Below are positions 52,368 through 61,340 of a DNA stretch of 63,790 bases, piece by piece. The stretch lies in NCBI GenBank assembly GCA_018814825.1, contig JAHIYJ010000034.1, forward strand, positions 1 to 63,790, written 5' to 3'. Positions within the stretch are counted from its first letter, which is position 1, and each line of letters begins with the position of its first letter. A program made the translations under genes and the position numbers. The notes below the pieces were generated by a model. The model did no database searches, was not told where the DNA came from, and worked only from the letters and a program-made list of their open reading frames with translations. The DNA is from Candidatus Omnitrophota bacterium. Lineage in GTDB: Bacteria; Omnitrophota; Gorgyraeia; Gorgyraeales; Gorgyraeaceae.

Positions 52368-55145
52368 CTAGAATATTCCGTGATAGTAAATACGCAGTAT
52401 GTGCTGCGTATCGAGTGTCGGATAAAAATCCCCGTAAGGGCTCGCTGTCGCGCCCCATACAGGGGAAACAACGCTTCCCTCTCCAAACTGTATCACCAGA
52501 AGCCCGTATTCAGTGACATTGCAATTGAACTCCATGAACACGTTGTGGTGATTCTCGTATTTCAGGTCTCCGGTCGTGTTCAGGCGATACATATTATACA
52601 GCTTGGAAAATGTGTATTTGAGGAACCCCGTAAGCCTTGGGTTAAACTTATATTTTAAAGTAGTCCCTATATGGTTTATATTGTCATCTATACCTGAGGC
52701 AAACTTGAAGTCGTTTTTAGTATAGTCAAAGTCTATCCCTAGTTTTTCGGTAGGCCGCAGGGAGATGCCGGCCCTGAATATATTGAACCTGTCATAAGGC
52801 GGAAGGTCAAACCAACCCTGACTGTAAAGCTGGGCAATCTCATCCCTGTATACCTTGCCTTCTATAGTCTCGGTCGTAAAATATGTGCTGTTTAAGAGCC
52901 CGTTCGGATGGTTGCCTGTCCCAAACCTGTAATCATTTGTATTTTCATAGATACCAAACAAGCTTATCCATTCCTCAGGCGCGTATTCCAGGCCAAAGGA
53001 ATACGTGGAAAGCGATGGGTCATTGCCGTCTTCGATCGCCGTATTCTTGAGGAATTCTCCTGTATCAGAATCATACTGTATAGGGTCTATGCCGCCTTTT
53101 GTTTTCGGTAGATCATGGTATATATACAAAAGCTTTGATGTCCACCTGGGATTAATCCTCAGGGTATTCTCTTCCCTGAAAACCCCTTCCACGTATTTAT
53201 GCTCGGAATCCCTTACATACCTGCAATCTATCAGGTTATCCATCTTGCTGTCAAAGGCGTCCCTGGAATCCAGCCTGAAATTAATGGCGTCCCTACCTAT
53301 ATCAACGCCATCCCCTATCCTGAAAGGCTCCACGTCCTCATATTTCAACGACGTGCCGCCCCATGCGTCCTGCTCAAGAGGTTTTTTAAAATGTATGTGC
53401 CTTCCCCAGTGCATATCTTTTCTTGTTTCCCTGTAATTCGCGAGACCGGGGTCAAACGTCTCATCCATATGCGTTATGGCTAACTTGGCGTTACCGAGTC
53501 CTGTCTCTTTTTTAACGGCAAGGTGCCCTGCTGTTCCGTTTTTCTCAGTCTTATAGGAACTTGTTCTGTCATATTCGCTCTTACTCATCGCGACCTGGCC
53601 TACTATATTAGTGGAAGGGTTCAGGTCATAACTCGCGTCAACGCCCAATACATTATTGTAGGAATCTGTGTTATTGTCATCATCATAACCTATCCTGAAC
53701 GTGTCTATGGTCCCTATCATAAGGCTGTCTGTCAACTGCGTCTTTGTCCTCATTGCGCCGGGAATAGCGTTTACCTCCCCATAATCGTCCCACAGGCCCT
53801 TGGGACTAGCCACGGTCATTGACATGTCCGTATTGCCCAGCAGATTACCTTGAAAGGCCACTCCGCGCAGGGCAGTAAGCCTTTTCAGGTCGCTGTCCCG
53901 CGTGAAAAAGGTCAAATCGTCTGACCATTCTCCTCTCCAGAAGTCATCCGGGGTCGTCCCTGTATTAATATGCCCTGGTTTCCACTCGTCCAACCAGGGG
54001 CTCGGTTCCCAGTATATGTGGTGGTTAGAAAGACCCATAGGGTCATCGGAAGAAAGCGCCTGGTCCTCAAGGCCATAAGGAAATACCCTGAACTTGTAAT
54101 CCTCCTGATTAAAATCAAACCACAGCTCTCTTACTGGCTGAAATGTAAAATCTATGTCTTTCTCAGGGATCGTAAAAGTATTCCCATAGAGATCCGAGAC
54201 AGTAGTGGAAGGCATCTTGCCGTCTGAAACTTTATATTCAGATGTTGCTATAGATGCGCCTGTATCGAGAGTATATAAAATTTCGTTTATAGTGCTCCTG
54301 GTGCCAGACCAATATTTCAATTCCATCTCGACCCTATCTCCGCCGCCATTTCTTGTAACAGTAAATTTATCTGTCTTACCAACAAAACTCCACGGGTCCA
54401 CAGTTATATCTGAATGGAGATTAAAACCCTCTGCATCCTTATTCGTATCAAATGTCACCTTAAATCGATCATACACCCTTGTATCAAATGTATTTGTCTT
54501 GGGGAAATTATGATCTATCATCCTGAAGTTACGCTCATTATAGTCGGCGTTAGCCTTTTTCCAAATAACGTCTTCTGTCGTCACGCCTACCGACATCTTG
54601 TATTCACCCTTTATCCTTCCGGGGGCAATCTTCTCATTCAGCGCGTCAGTAACAACCTTTATCTTGTCTTCGCTATACCCCGGGTCTTCAGGAATCCTAC
54701 CAGGCCTATAGTCTTTATATTCATAGGAGTCTTCATATGTGTTTGTATCAGGTTCATAAGGCTCTATTTCGGCGTAAACCCTGCTCTCATTAAAATCCGA
54801 TTCCCTCTTCAGGTTATTCTCATCCTGGTAAAAATCTAGCTTGCCGCGCGCGCGCATGTTCAGCTCAGCATTCACCAAGTCAAGATAACCCTGGGCATCA
54901 TCATTCATGGGATCAACCTTTAGGGCTCTTTCCAAGATACTCTTTGCCTCATGAAGCTTTCCTGCGTGGTAATAATCCACACCCCTGCCATAAAGCCCGA
55001 AACTCTCGGCAATATTCTGTTCCTGGGCATACAAGGCCGCCAGGACACAAGGACACAAAGACACAAGGACACAAAGACACAAGGACACAAAGACACAACA
55101 ATATTGGTGACTTGGTGACTTGGTGACTTGGTGACTCCTGCGCAT
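52368..55145 (-). CDS. Large secreted protein: N-terminal TPR segment plus C-terminal beta-barrel-like outer-membrane domain
   Basis: The track ORF runs to 55157 (929 aa). The ATG at 55143-55145 has GGAG 6 nt upstream and lies 2 nt after the upstream stop. The signal peptide is encoded by tandem repeats and ends AALYA/QEQ. A TPR-like segment is YYHAGKLHEAKSILERALKVDPMNDDAQ. The Y/D/N-rich body has alternating strands and ends LRIYYHGIF. Confidence 0.75.
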   Translation of the reverse strand: MRRSHQVTKSPSHQYCCVFVSLCLCVLVSLCPCVLAALYAQEQNIAESFGLYGRGVDYYHAGKLHEAKSILERALKVDPMNDDAQGYLDLVNAELNMRARGKLDFYQDENNLKRESDFNESRVYAEIEPYEPDTNTYEDSYEYKDYRPGRIPEDPGYSEDKIKVVTDALNEKIAPGRIKGEYKMSVGVTTEDVIWKKANADYNERNFRMIDHNFPKTNTFDTRVYDRFKVTFDTNKDAEGFNLHSDITVDPWSFVGKTDKFTVTRNGGGDRVEMELKYWSGTRSTINEILYTLDTGASIATSEYKVSDGKMPSTTVSDLYGNTFTIPEKDIDFTFQPVRELWFDFNQEDYKFRVFPYGLEDQALSSDDPMGLSNHHIYWEPSPWLDEWKPGHINTGTTPDDFWRGEWSDDLTFFTRDSDLKRLTALRGVAFQGNLLGNTDMSMTVASPKGLWDDYGEVNAIPGAMRTKTQLTDSLMIGTIDTFRIGYDDDNNTDSYNNVLGVDASYDLNPSTNIVGQVAMSKSEYDRTSSYKTEKNGTAGHLAVKKETGLGNAKLAITHMDETFDPGLANYRETRKDMHWGRHIHFKKPLEQDAWGGTSLKYEDVEPFRIGDGVDIGRDAINFRLDSRDAFDSKMDNLIDCRYVRDSEHKYVEGVFREENTLRINPRWTSKLLYIYHDLPKTKGGIDPIQYDSDTGEFLKNTAIEDGNDPSLSTYSFGLEYAPEEWISLFGIYENTNDYRFGTGNHPNGLLNSTYFTTETIEGKVYRDEIAQLYSQGWFDLPPYDRFNIFRAGISLRPTEKLGIDFDYTKNDFKFASGIDDNINHIGTTLKYKFNPRLTGFLKYTFSKLYNMYRLNTTGDLKYENHHNVFMEFNCNVTEYGLLVIQFGEGSVVSPVWGATASPYGDFYPTLDTQHILRIYYHGIF
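55043..55136. repeat. Two adjacent 8-nt tandem repeat arrays inside the 5' end of the OMP gene
   Basis: The plus strand has seven units of GGACACAA/AGACACAA (55043-55098), a 6-nt spacer, then four units of TGGTGACT (55105-55136). In mRNA sense these are (AGTCACCA)x4 followed by (TTGTGTCY)x7. They encode RSHQVTKSPSHQ and CCVFVSLCLCVLVSLCPCVL. Confidence 0.9.
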
Positions 55146-55147
55146 TT

Positions 55148-56362
55148 CTATCTCCATAGCTCCTTTAGCTTAAAGTATGCCTTAGTGGGTTTGCGCTTGT
55201 CAAGACCGGCCTTGCTTTTCTCCAGGGAACATACTCCCCACCATTCCTCATTTATGTTCAGGTTCTGAGGGGCCTTTATGTCAAAGTAATACGCTCCATT
55301 AGACCAGGTGGGAATCGTATCGTGGACAAACCAACCCGTTTTGTTCTCTTCATTAAACTTCCACCACTCATCCGTCCACTCAAAGACAAACGCGCCGATA
55401 CAATTGCCCACGCCGCTTCCCTCAAAAGTGTTTTTCTCTATCTCGTTCCACTCCGCCTCGAGAAATTCCGCCTGTATGCCCTGGTCCTCTTCGTTTAAAA
55501 AGGCATTATACCTGTCACAACCAAATTCCGTTATCATGATAGGCCTTTTGAACTTTGTGGCGCCTTCCCTGAAAAAACTGCCGAAGGCCTTTCCTCTGTA
55601 TATCGAACATCCTAGTATATCTATGTCAGGGCTTACTTCCGCGGCGACATCTATGTCCGTTAATTCCGCATTGGCCAGCACAGTAGGGTGATACGGGTCT
55701 ATCTCATGGATAGCCCAGGAAACTTCATTTACAAATTCATAATATATCCTGGCCCTGGCAATCCTCTTAAGATAAGGGTCCTGGAGGGCTTCTATCTCGT
55801 CGGTGGTCCAGAGGTTCATTGTTTGCGGGCCGTAAGAAAAAGAGACATTGTTTTCATTGCCCAGTATCCAGCATAAAATGCCTTTTTCGTTTTTGTAGGT
55901 CTCCACCATATCAATGACATCTTTTTTGACCCTTGCCCTGAAAACCGGATCCGCGTAATTCGCGTTATCCCAGAAACCAAGCCAGTGGCCCATGGCTGTG
56001 CGAACCCCGAACTTTACATAAAGGTCTTTTATAACCTGTTTTGTTTTTTCAGGATCAATGCCAGGCTTATAGACCCTTATGGTATTAACCCCCATCTCTC
56101 TCATTAACCTGCCGTCATATATATGAGGCCTGGCCGGGTCTTTCCAAAATTCATACTCGTGGTTCTTCCCTATAGGGACTGGGCTATACACCATACCTTT
56201 AATTATATAGGGCTTGCCGTTGACTGTTAACTGAAAACGCTTACCTTCCAGGGTTTTTATATAAACCTTGTCCGGCCCCATGTTGCTGAAAATATAGAAA
56301 GACAAAAAAGCGGTTACTAAAAATAAAATTATAGCGCTTATAATAATATATCTTTTTTTCAT
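55148..56362 (-). CDS. Secreted clan GH-A-like TIM-barrel glycoside hydrolase or transglycosylase (GH2/GH5-like; family unassigned)
   Basis: The track ORF runs to 56395, but its first 11 codons lie inside a 17-bp hairpin. The ATG at 56360-56362 gives MKKRYIIISAIILFLVTAFLSF. Motifs are MGVNTIRVY, WILGNENN, MITEFGCD and FEWTDEWWK. It is a paralog of the C-terminal half of ORF 57228-59543. Confidence 0.8.
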   Translation of the reverse strand: MKKRYIIISAIILFLVTAFLSFYIFSNMGPDKVYIKTLEGKRFQLTVNGKPYIIKGMVYSPVPIGKNHEYEFWKDPARPHIYDGRLMREMGVNTIRVYKPGIDPEKTKQVIKDLYVKFGVRTAMGHWLGFWDNANYADPVFRARVKKDVIDMVETYKNEKGILCWILGNENNVSFSYGPQTMNLWTTDEIEALQDPYLKRIARARIYYEFVNEVSWAIHEIDPYHPTVLANAELTDIDVAAEVSPDIDILGCSIYRGKAFGSFFREGATKFKRPIMITEFGCDRYNAFLNEEDQGIQAEFLEAEWNEIEKNTFEGSGVGNCIGAFVFEWTDEWWKFNEENKTGWFVHDTIPTWSNGAYYFDIKAPQNLNINEEWWGVCSLEKSKAGLDKRKPTKAYFKLKELWR

Positions 56363-56384
56363 ATAGTTAATAATCCCGATGATC

Positions 56385-56421
56385 CAAACCCGCATCGCAA
56401 TTTTATTGCGATGCGGGTTTG
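56385..56421 (-). terminator. Strong GC-cored hairpin between the lipoprotein gene and the hydrolase gene (terminator/attenuator-like)
   Basis: CAAACCCGCATCGCAAT TTT ATTGCGATGCGGGTTTG forms a perfect stem of about 16-17 bp. In mRNA sense only UUUG follows the GC core, so the U tract is weak. Confidence 0.4.
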
Positions 56422-56431
56422 AAAACTATTA

Positions 56432-57142
56432 TTATTCGTATCTTATGTCGTCTAGATAGAAAGTCATTCCGTCGGGATTTACGTCGATGTTACTCGCCCA
56501 GCAAAAACCTCCGCTTATATAGCTAAGGTCTTTCCCTCTTAAGTCTATCTCGTACTGTTTCCACTCCGGAGTTAAAAGCACGGGCCCTATCCCGGCTATG
56601 TCAGAATCAGGGTACAGGCCCGTGAGGCCTCCTACTTTGAATTCCTCTATCCTTTCTCCGCCTTTCTCTCCTCTTGCCCAGAATGTGAGCTTTGTAGCTC
56701 CTGTCAGGTCAAATCCGCCCTGTCGATCGCCCCAGTTATTGGCCGGGTTCTGCCAGTAGACTCCGGCCCACCTAGCGCCCTGACTTGTGGCGTCTGAGTA
56801 AACTATTTTTATGCAGGTGGTCCCACTGTGCGGATTATCAAAAGAAGAAGCATCTATCTTGATATCAGAATAATCGCCCATATACCCCGAAGGGATATAA
56901 TGATTATCCGGGGACATACCATCACTGTAAACAGGGAATGGCTTAAAAGAGCTCACTACAGGCTCTTTTTCCGTGTACGCGTCATACATGTCCTCATAAT
57001 CATAATCATCGGCGTAGTCCGCCTTTGCCAGCTGCGTAGCGTCTGTCTTGGCCGTATCAGCCTTGGATCCGCCGCAGCTTGCTATGCTGAATAACACAAG
57101 TCCGGCTATCACAAGCAACGTTAAACTTAAACTTTTCTTCAT
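56432..57142 (-). CDS. Lipoprotein with C-terminal carbohydrate-binding-module-like beta-sandwich
   Basis: 236-aa ORF. Lipobox LFSIASC and a D/Y-rich linker. The C-terminal ~150 aa read ARWAGVYWQNPANNWGD...KLTFWARGEKGGERIEEFKVGG...EWKQYEIDL...FYLDDIRYE. The CBM-like call is from memory only. Confidence 0.65.
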   Translation of the reverse strand: MKKSLSLTLLVIAGLVLFSIASCGGSKADTAKTDATQLAKADYADDYDYEDMYDAYTEKEPVVSSFKPFPVYSDGMSPDNHYIPSGYMGDYSDIKIDASSFDNPHSGTTCIKIVYSDATSQGARWAGVYWQNPANNWGDRQGGFDLTGATKLTFWARGEKGGERIEEFKVGGLTGLYPDSDIAGIGPVLLTPEWKQYEIDLRGKDLSYISGGFCWASNIDVNPDGMTFYLDDIRYE

Positions 57143-57227
57143 TTCAATTTCCTCCCTAGTTTATATATACATCGCACGTTTAACTTTAAACTTTTAACTT
57201 CGTACTATATAAACGCACCCCCCTTCC

Positions 57228-59543
57228 TTATTTATTCCACATTTCCTGATACATAAAATATGATTTTTTAAGCTGTCTCAAGAACGGGCTGTGTTGTCCG
57301 TCTCCCTGGCCTGTTACGCCAAGCCATTCCTCATAATTCCAGCCGTCAGGAAACGGGCCTGACCAGTTTTGTTTCGCGTCATGCAATAAAGGCTCATAGG
57401 CCTTCCACCATTCATCTACCCACTCAAACTGAATGCCGCCTATTGAATTACCGGCCCCTTTATGTCCGGCTGAATTATAAACCATATCTTCCCAGTTTCC
57501 CTTGAGATATTCAGCCTGTTTTTCCTCACTAAACTCTCCTGATTTACCATCCATGTAACTAGGGCACCCGTATTCTGTAATAATTACCGGGATATCGCAC
57601 GTCTCTTTGACATTATTCCAGAAACTATTTCCAAACCCATACTTCCCCCTGTAGGCATTCGACCCATAGATATCTATGGAAGGCGCGTTTTCTTTAAACT
57701 TATCAAGGAACAATAAGTCTCCGCTGCACACAGCGACAGGATGATCCCTGTCTATGGATTTTATCATCTCGGCCACTTCGTTCGTAAAGGCGTAATAGCT
57801 GGCTGGTTTTTCTTTGGCATTGTTCGCTACTCCGTAATTTGTCTCATTGCCAAGCATCCAAAATAATACATAGGGTTCATCCTTGAATTCCTCCACCATC
57901 CCCCTGACGCTTTGCATCATGTTTTTTCTATGCTCCGGGTTCTCGTAATCGGTACCTTCGTACCAGCTCGCCCCCGAACCTACGGTATAAGCACCCAGAA
58001 GATCACCCATGATAACCATAATCCCATAACGATTATACAAATCTCTCAGTAGTTCTTTGTTTGACGCGTGATGATAAAGCCTTATAGTATTGCACCCCAT
58101 ATTTTTCAGCAGCTCAAAGTCTCCTATGCCGGGCTCGTCTTCATCCTGTATATTATTATAATTTTTGTCTACCCACGCGTCATAGGGGCTATCTATTTTC
58201 CCGTTATTGTTATAGTCCGCCTGCATCCAGTCGTCCAGGGTCCCCTCGTCAGGGCTCTGTCCTATTTTGCTGGGCGAATAAGCTACCCCCTTTATAAAAT
58301 AAGGCCTGCCCTCCACCCTTAACTGCCAGTGTCCGTTCGCGTATTTAACGAGGTCTACCTTCCCGTCTCCCGCCTGTTTTATAACCTTCCCCGTCTCTTC
58401 CCTTGCGTCCTTGAACAGACGCCTTTTTATTTTATCGAGAAAACTAAGCTTCACTATTTTTCCGGGATTCACGAAAAATTTATCATTGGCGATGTTATTG
58501 TCAAATCCGTTTTCTAGGAATATCCTCGCCTCGCGTAATTCCGCCCCTAATTCTGGATTATGCCTTAATATATAGTCTATCCTGTCTATAGCTACCTGTC
58601 CTACATACCATGGTGTGTGAAAATACGTCCAGCCTACGGATTTTGGGAAATGCACGGCAATGGCGTAATACGCTTTAATGGCGTGCCTTAAAAGCCCGGA
58701 CCTCTCAAGTGCCATAGCTATATAAAAAAGCTTTACTCCCGTAGGTTCAGGCGCCTGCGCCCATTTGTAAAAGTTGGCCTCTAAATCATCTGTATTGACA
58801 AAATCCCAGTGGTTCCCCTTTAATCTGCCTTCTTTTTTCACCTCTCGATAGCGGGGATCCCATGTAATACCGGATGTATTGGGGTATATGCCCTCTCCCA
58901 CCGCGGCCGCCAGGCCTTCAGGGTCTTTCACGACATATCTGTATTTTTCGGTGCCCAACCCCTTAAAATAACCGTATCTTGTGTAATCCACGAAATCTTC
59001 CTTACCCTGGTCATGGAGCGTGATAGTCGTGGCCGGACGTAATATCTTTGGTTTTTCTTCAGCGGCTGCCTTTTCTCCTTTTTTGCCCTCGATCTTGTCA
59101 AGGCTGGCCTGAGCTTTTTCTTTTACGCTCCAGAACCAGCCCCTTGGGTCCCAGTTCTGCGAATAGCCATATTCCTGTATCGCTGTATCAAAGACCTTTT
59201 TGGCTTCCTCTATCTTTCCCTGTGACAGATAAGCCTCCCCCTGGATAAAATAACTGGTCCCGACGGCGTTCAACGCCACGTACTGGTCTATGCTTTCTGT
59301 TGACGGCAATGCTTTAAGGGACATCTGCTGTCTTCCGGCCTCTTTAAAGTATTCCTCAATACATTTATTCGTGTAATAAAATGTCCTTTCGTAGTCCTTG
59401 CCGCCCCAGGATTCCCATGCCCGGACAATGAGCTGTTTAGGAGAAAGCTCTTCATCAGCGTATAGCGTATAGCGTATAGCGTATAGCGGAAAAAATACAA
59501 CTATTAAAAGACTCAATATAATTCTAAATCTTAAATTTTTCAC
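57228..59543 (-). CDS. Secreted TPR-containing protein with C-terminal clan GH-A-like TIM-barrel domain
   Basis: 771-aa ORF (GTG start in the track). Signal peptide is MKNLRFRIILSLLIVVFFPLYA. A TPR-like N-terminal part contains GEAYLSQGKIEEAKKVFDTAIQEYG. The C-terminal half has HWQLRVEGRPYFIKGVAYSP, MGCNTIRLYHH, WMLGNETNY, IITEYGCPSY and FEWVDEWWKA. Confidence 0.8.
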   Translation of the reverse strand: MKNLRFRIILSLLIVVFFPLYAIRYTLYADEELSPKQLIVRAWESWGGKDYERTFYYTNKCIEEYFKEAGRQQMSLKALPSTESIDQYVALNAVGTSYFIQGEAYLSQGKIEEAKKVFDTAIQEYGYSQNWDPRGWFWSVKEKAQASLDKIEGKKGEKAAAEEKPKILRPATTITLHDQGKEDFVDYTRYGYFKGLGTEKYRYVVKDPEGLAAAVGEGIYPNTSGITWDPRYREVKKEGRLKGNHWDFVNTDDLEANFYKWAQAPEPTGVKLFYIAMALERSGLLRHAIKAYYAIAVHFPKSVGWTYFHTPWYVGQVAIDRIDYILRHNPELGAELREARIFLENGFDNNIANDKFFVNPGKIVKLSFLDKIKRRLFKDAREETGKVIKQAGDGKVDLVKYANGHWQLRVEGRPYFIKGVAYSPSKIGQSPDEGTLDDWMQADYNNNGKIDSPYDAWVDKNYNNIQDEDEPGIGDFELLKNMGCNTIRLYHHASNKELLRDLYNRYGIMVIMGDLLGAYTVGSGASWYEGTDYENPEHRKNMMQSVRGMVEEFKDEPYVLFWMLGNETNYGVANNAKEKPASYYAFTNEVAEMIKSIDRDHPVAVCSGDLLFLDKFKENAPSIDIYGSNAYRGKYGFGNSFWNNVKETCDIPVIITEYGCPSYMDGKSGEFSEEKQAEYLKGNWEDMVYNSAGHKGAGNSIGGIQFEWVDEWWKAYEPLLHDAKQNWSGPFPDGWNYEEWLGVTGQGDGQHSPFLRQLKKSYFMYQEMWNK
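59460..59487. repeat. Heptamer tandem repeat (GTATAGC)x4 inside the signal-peptide coding region of the 771-aa gene
   Basis: In mRNA sense this is (CGCTATA)x4 and encodes PLYAIRYTLYA. It uses the same heptamer word as the 3' arm of the 36378-36430 element. My hand count and the ORF track differ by 1 nt in this stretch, so the coordinates are plus or minus 1-2 nt. Confidence 0.85.
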
Positions 59544-59563
59544 TTTAAACCTTTCACTTCTAA

Positions 59564-60412
59564 CTATCCTACGATAGCCCCCGCCGTAATGCCTTTAATG
59601 ATGTGTTTCTGCATTAACAGGTATACCAGAATTATGGGCAGAACTGTTATGGTCATGCCTGCCATGAGAAGCGGGTATTGCGTAATATGGGTGCCCTGGA
59701 ATATCATAAGGCCCCTCTGGAGAGGCATTAAAGATTTGGATGAAAATATTAAAGTAGCCAGTATATACTCGTTCCACACATTCAGGGAATTAAATATCAC
59801 TATTACCGCTATGGCCGGCCTGGCCAGCGGCAGCGCCACGTTCCACCATATGCCGAGTTTTGAACAGCCGTCTATGCGCGCCGCGTCCTCAAGAGCAGGA
59901 GGCATCTTGTCAAAAAATGTCTTCAATAGGTAGATGCTGAAAGAAAGTCCGACGTTTATCATGCACAGTATATATCCTATCCGCGTATTCACCAAGTGCA
60001 GTTTTGTCATCAATACGTAAAGCGGCACAAAACTTCCCGGCAAAGGAATCATCATCGCCCCCAGGAACATGTAAAACAAAACATTCTTGCCCGGGAATTT
60101 CAGCCTGGAGAAGGCAAAGGCCGCGAGAGAGGAAACAATCACTATGCCTGAAACAACGGTAACGGTATAAAATATGCTGTTCAGAAAATAGACGCCGAAG
60201 CCGCCCTTGGTCCAAGCGTCATAAAAGTTTGTCCATACAGGGTGTTTCGGGATTATGCTCATATCAGAAAAGACGGCCTGCTGCGTCTTCAGGCTGGAGC
60301 CAACCATCCAGAGCAGAGGGAATATGCACGTGACAGCCACTATGATAAGAAACAAGTGGATAAGCGAGTCCTTGAAAAATCTTTCTATCTTATATCTGGT
60401 CCCTTCTCTCAT
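59564..60412 (-). CDS. Carbohydrate ABC transporter permease (MalG-like, CUT1)
   Basis: 282-aa ORF with 6 TM and the EAA loop EDAARIDGCSKLGIWWNVALPLARPA. Confidence 0.9.
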   Translation of the reverse strand: MREGTRYKIERFFKDSLIHLFLIIVAVTCIFPLLWMVGSSLKTQQAVFSDMSIIPKHPVWTNFYDAWTKGGFGVYFLNSIFYTVTVVSGIVIVSSLAAFAFSRLKFPGKNVLFYMFLGAMMIPLPGSFVPLYVLMTKLHLVNTRIGYILCMINVGLSFSIYLLKTFFDKMPPALEDAARIDGCSKLGIWWNVALPLARPAIAVIVIFNSLNVWNEYILATLIFSSKSLMPLQRGLMIFQGTHITQYPLLMAGMTITVLPIILVYLLMQKHIIKGITAGAIVG

Positions 60413-60425
60413 AATCCTTTCTCCG

Positions 60426-61313
60426 TCAGGCCTTGTTCATGTGCTTGGATATGCGAATCTGTATAAAAGAAACGGCTAAGAGTATGACCCCGAAAATAAT
60501 GCCCTGGCTGCAGGCGTATCCGAAGCGTGAAGACCCTACCATTGACGCGAGTATCCTGGTCACAGGCACTTCCGTATGGTATCCAGGTCCGCCTCCGGTC
60601 ATTGAAAGTATAAGCACGAATACCTGCATGGTACCAAGCACGGTCAGTATCGACACTAAAATGAATACCGGTATCATCAGAGGAATGGTAACTTTCTTGA
60701 ATATCTGCCATGAGTTAGCGCCGTCTACCCTGGCGGCCTCATAGAGCTGCCTTGGTATTGTCTGTAATCCTGCAAGGAATATAATAAATCCCCAGCCAAA
60801 ACCCTTCCAGCAGTGTATTATAGCCACACATATAAGCGCGGTCCTGGGGTTCGAGAGCCAGTCCATTGTCAGGTGCGACCAGCCTAAACTATTAAGCCAG
60901 TAATTCAAAAGGCCGTAGTTACCGTCATAAATCCACCTCCAGACAAGACCTACCACAACTTCTGAAAGAACAGGAGGAAGATAAAATATCACCCTGTAGA
61001 TATTACCACCTTTTATGTCTCTGTCACAGGCCATCGCCAGGACCAAGGCCAGGGCATTCTGAAATATCAGCGCTATAAGTGTAATGTAGCCTGCCTGCTT
61101 TATGGCCTGCCACCATACCTTGTCCTGAAATATCAGTTCTTTAAAATTTCTCAGGCCTATAAAATTCTGTGAAAAATTAAAGTTCGCTATACCGTCCCAT
61201 TGGCACAGGGAAAGCGTGAATACCTTGTAGAAAGGGTATATGTAGAAAACAGAAAATATCAATACGGCTGGTAATACAAATAAATAATTTTCAAGATTGG
61301 ATCTGATTCTCAT
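60426..61313 (-). CDS. Carbohydrate ABC transporter permease (MalF-like, CUT1)
   Basis: 295-aa ORF with 6 TM and the EAA loop YEAARVDGANSWQIFKKVTIPLMIPV. Confidence 0.9.
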   Translation of the reverse strand: MRIRSNLENYLFVLPAVLIFSVFYIYPFYKVFTLSLCQWDGIANFNFSQNFIGLRNFKELIFQDKVWWQAIKQAGYITLIALIFQNALALVLAMACDRDIKGGNIYRVIFYLPPVLSEVVVGLVWRWIYDGNYGLLNYWLNSLGWSHLTMDWLSNPRTALICVAIIHCWKGFGWGFIIFLAGLQTIPRQLYEAARVDGANSWQIFKKVTIPLMIPVFILVSILTVLGTMQVFVLILSMTGGGPGYHTEVPVTRILASMVGSSRFGYACSQGIIFGVILLAVSFIQIRISKHMNKA

Positions 61314-61340
61314 ATATTTAATCTATATAAATAACCTGCA

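Noticed and set aside
36378-59490. 7- and 8-nt tandem arrays as CRISPR-like arrays
   Set aside because: The units are contiguous with no spacers and are far shorter than CRISPR repeats. No cas genes are present.
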